Source: an uncultured Methanosarcinales archaeon (GTDB taxonomy: Archaea; Nanobdellota; Nanobdellia; Woesearchaeales; GW2011-AR4). Taken from it: a DNA stretch of 64,000 nucleotides. The notes under the pieces are model-generated. The model was not told the DNA's origin and ran no database searches. It saw only the letters and a program-made list of their open reading frames with translations. Positions 62,194 to 64,000 of this stretch are shown in pieces (position 1 is the first letter of the stretch; each line of letters starts with the position of its first letter). The translations under genes were made by a program, and so were the position numbers. The stretch is from assembly GCA_964607225.1 (NCBI GenBank), contig CAZSIU010000001.1, forward strand, positions 18-64,017. Direction: 5' to 3'.

Positions 62194-62892
62194 ATGTATT
62201 CTTTAGTCATACCTGCTCACAATGAAGCCAAAAATCTTCCAAAGCTGCTTGAAAAAGCTTATTCTGTGTTAAAAAAAACAAAAGAAAAATTTGAAATTAT
62301 TGTGGTTAATGACAACAGCACAGACAACTCTGATGAAGTTCTTAAAAAATTGAATAAAAAAATAAAAGAATTAAGAATTGTCACTAGAACAAAAAATCCC
62401 GGGGCAGGCTATGCAATAAGGGAAGGGCTAAGCAAGATAAGAGGAGATATAATAATAACAATGGATGCTGACTTGTCGCATGATCCTGCTGAAATAGCAG
62501 ACTTTTTGAAGCTTTTGAAGAGCTATGACATGGTGTGCGGCTCGAGGTACGTAAAAGGCGGAAAAGCTGAAATGACTTACAGCAGGATTTTAGTTAGCAC
62601 CTTATTCAACATGATATTCAGGAAACTAGTAGGCATTCCTGTTAAGGATTTCACATCAGGTTTTAGGGCTTATAAAGCCAAGATTATAGATAAAATCGAG
62701 CTGAAAAGCAAGAAATTCGGCATTTTCATAGAGATCCCGTTAAAGGCGCATCTTGCCGGGTTTAAATTGACAGAGATTCCTATAAGGTATCATGAAAGAG
62801 GTTTCGGAAAATCAAACCTCAATTACTTCAAGCAGGGTCCTGAATACCTTAAAGTAGCCATTGAAGCTTTGAAGATTAAGATTGCCAAGTAA
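62194..62892 (+). CDS. GT2 dolichol-phosphate mannosyltransferase-like
   Basis: IPAHNE, NDNSTD, MDADLSHDP, GSRY, DFTSGFR. Confidence 0.9.
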   Translation: MYSLVIPAHNEAKNLPKLLEKAYSVLKKTKEKFEIIVVNDNSTDNSDEVLKKLNKKIKELRIVTRTKNPGAGYAIREGLSKIRGDIIITMDADLSHDPAEIADFLKLLKSYDMVCGSRYVKGGKAEMTYSRILVSTLFNMIFRKLVGIPVKDFTSGFRAYKAKIIDKIELKSKKFGIFIEIPLKAHLAGFKLTEIPIRYHERGFGKSNLNYFKQGPEYLKVAIEALKIKIAK

Positions 62893-62928
62893 TTATGCTT
62901 CTTTGACACAGATTGGGAATTTCTAGAA

Positions 62929-64000
62929 TTAATACAACGCATTTGCAACTGTGGTTCCGAGCTTTATATCTATTGGAAATTGGTACAGGTTGTACTTAAA
63001 CCTAACTTTTGCGATTGGCTGGTACATATTGAAAAGCAATTTCAAGTAGGTTCTTGATATTTTGTACTTTATGTTTTTATTTGCAAAATTTGATGTGAAT
63101 GCCAGGTTCTTTATCATCTTTATCCTTCTCTCGTCCAGCCATTTGTAATTCAAATAAGCGTTATTGTAATCAAAAGTCTCCCAGTCCTCCAGCTTTTTTG
63201 GTTCGTAAACGCCATATTGCTTTGCTATTTCCCACAATTCAACACCAGGATATGCAGTGTAAATAAAAAATGGAGTGTATGCATTTTTGTTGTCTTTTAC
63301 CAATTGCAATGCCAGCTTTACAGACTGCATTAACTCTTCCTCTGTTTCGGAAGGATAACCCACTATGAATGTGTACTTTGCTTTAAATGAGTACTTTCCC
63401 ATTTTTTTATTAATGTCAATAATCTCCTGGACAGTTATGCCCTTTTTTATCATCTTTAATATACGGTCGCTTCCAGACTCGATTCCTGAATCCGTATTTA
63501 CACAGCCTGCTTTTGCCATGTCCCTTAAGAAATTGTCGTCCAGGACTTTCAACGCGTCTAGCCTTATGCCATTTAAGCCCCATTTAATATCGAGGTTTTC
63601 ATTTAGAATAGCGTAAACAATGTCCTTGAATCTTTTTAAATTAGTTGCAAAATTGTCGTCTTCGAAGAATATGGTCCTAACGCCAAATTTATCCACCACA
63701 TTTTTAATAATCTCGATAGTTCTTTTTACAGAATAGCCTCTCCAGGTATTGCCGTACATTTTTGTATCATAGCAGAAATTGCATTTGAAAGGGCAGCCCC
63801 TGCTTGTATTTAATGTTATCGAGCCATGCCCGTTTTCCAAGTCAAACCCGTAATATTTCTTAACGTCTATTAACTCGTACGGCAAATCAGGCAAAGAATC
63901 CAGGTCCTGTATTAATGGCCTTGGAGGATTTCTATGAATTTTTCCAGATTCATCTTTGTAAGCTATTCCAAGCACGTCTTTAAGTGGCTTATTTAACTCT
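62929..64000 (-). CDS. B12-type radical SAM protein (5'-truncated by window edge)
   Basis: SRGCPFKCNFC, FEDDNF, GIESGS, IVGYP.ET. The frame stays open to the window end (ELNKPLKDVLG). Confidence 0.85.
   Translation of the reverse strand, partial: ELNKPLKDVLGIAYKDESGKIHRNPPRPLIQDLDSLPDLPYELIDVKKYYGFDLENGHGSITLNTSRGCPFKCNFCYDTKMYGNTWRGYSVKRTIEIIKNVVDKFGVRTIFFEDDNFATNLKRFKDIVYAILNENLDIKWGLNGIRLDALKVLDDNFLRDMAKAGCVNTDSGIESGSDRILKMIKKGITVQEIIDINKKMGKYSFKAKYTFIVGYPSETEEELMQSVKLALQLVKDNKNAYTPFFIYTAYPGVELWEIAKQYGVYEPKKLEDWETFDYNNAYLNYKWLDERRIKMIKNLAFTSNFANKNIKYKISRTYLKLLFNMYQPIAKVRFKYNLYQFPIDIKLGTTVANALY

Overview
AT-rich, gene-dense window that is almost entirely one large cell-surface glycan biosynthesis and modification locus. 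An archaeal origin is inferred (DPANN/Woesearchaeota-like is a guess) from BRE/TATA boxes about 25 bp upstream of many starts, many apparently leaderless genes, 4-bp overlaps between convergent stop codons, and Dol-P-type GT2/GT-C enzymes. It encodes nucleotide-sugar pathways (GDP-fucose gmd/fcl, rmlA/B/D-like, WbpA/B/D/E/I-like 2,3-diacetamido-uronate, tyvelose-epimerase-like), GT2/GT4/GT-C transferases, two flippases, many SAM methyltransferases and three B12-type radical SAM enzymes. The standout is an embedded phosphonate module (about 26.8-41.7 kb). It has pepM, ppd, phosphonoacetaldehyde reductase and a methylphosphonate synthase with the 2-His-1-Gln triad and the Phe/Ile residues diagnostic of MPnS. 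It also has several cytidylyltransferases, two Thr-nucleophile sulfatase-like proteins, a CDP-alcohol phosphotransferase and an AbrB-cytidylyltransferase fusion with a candidate operator. Decay is visible: a ppd-ADH deletion chimera, an internally deleted GT4, a ferredoxin-DUF4346 pseudogene, a GT2 remnant and a dead IS200-type element. No rRNA, tRNA or CRISPR array was recognised. All family calls come from motif reading and recall, not database searches.
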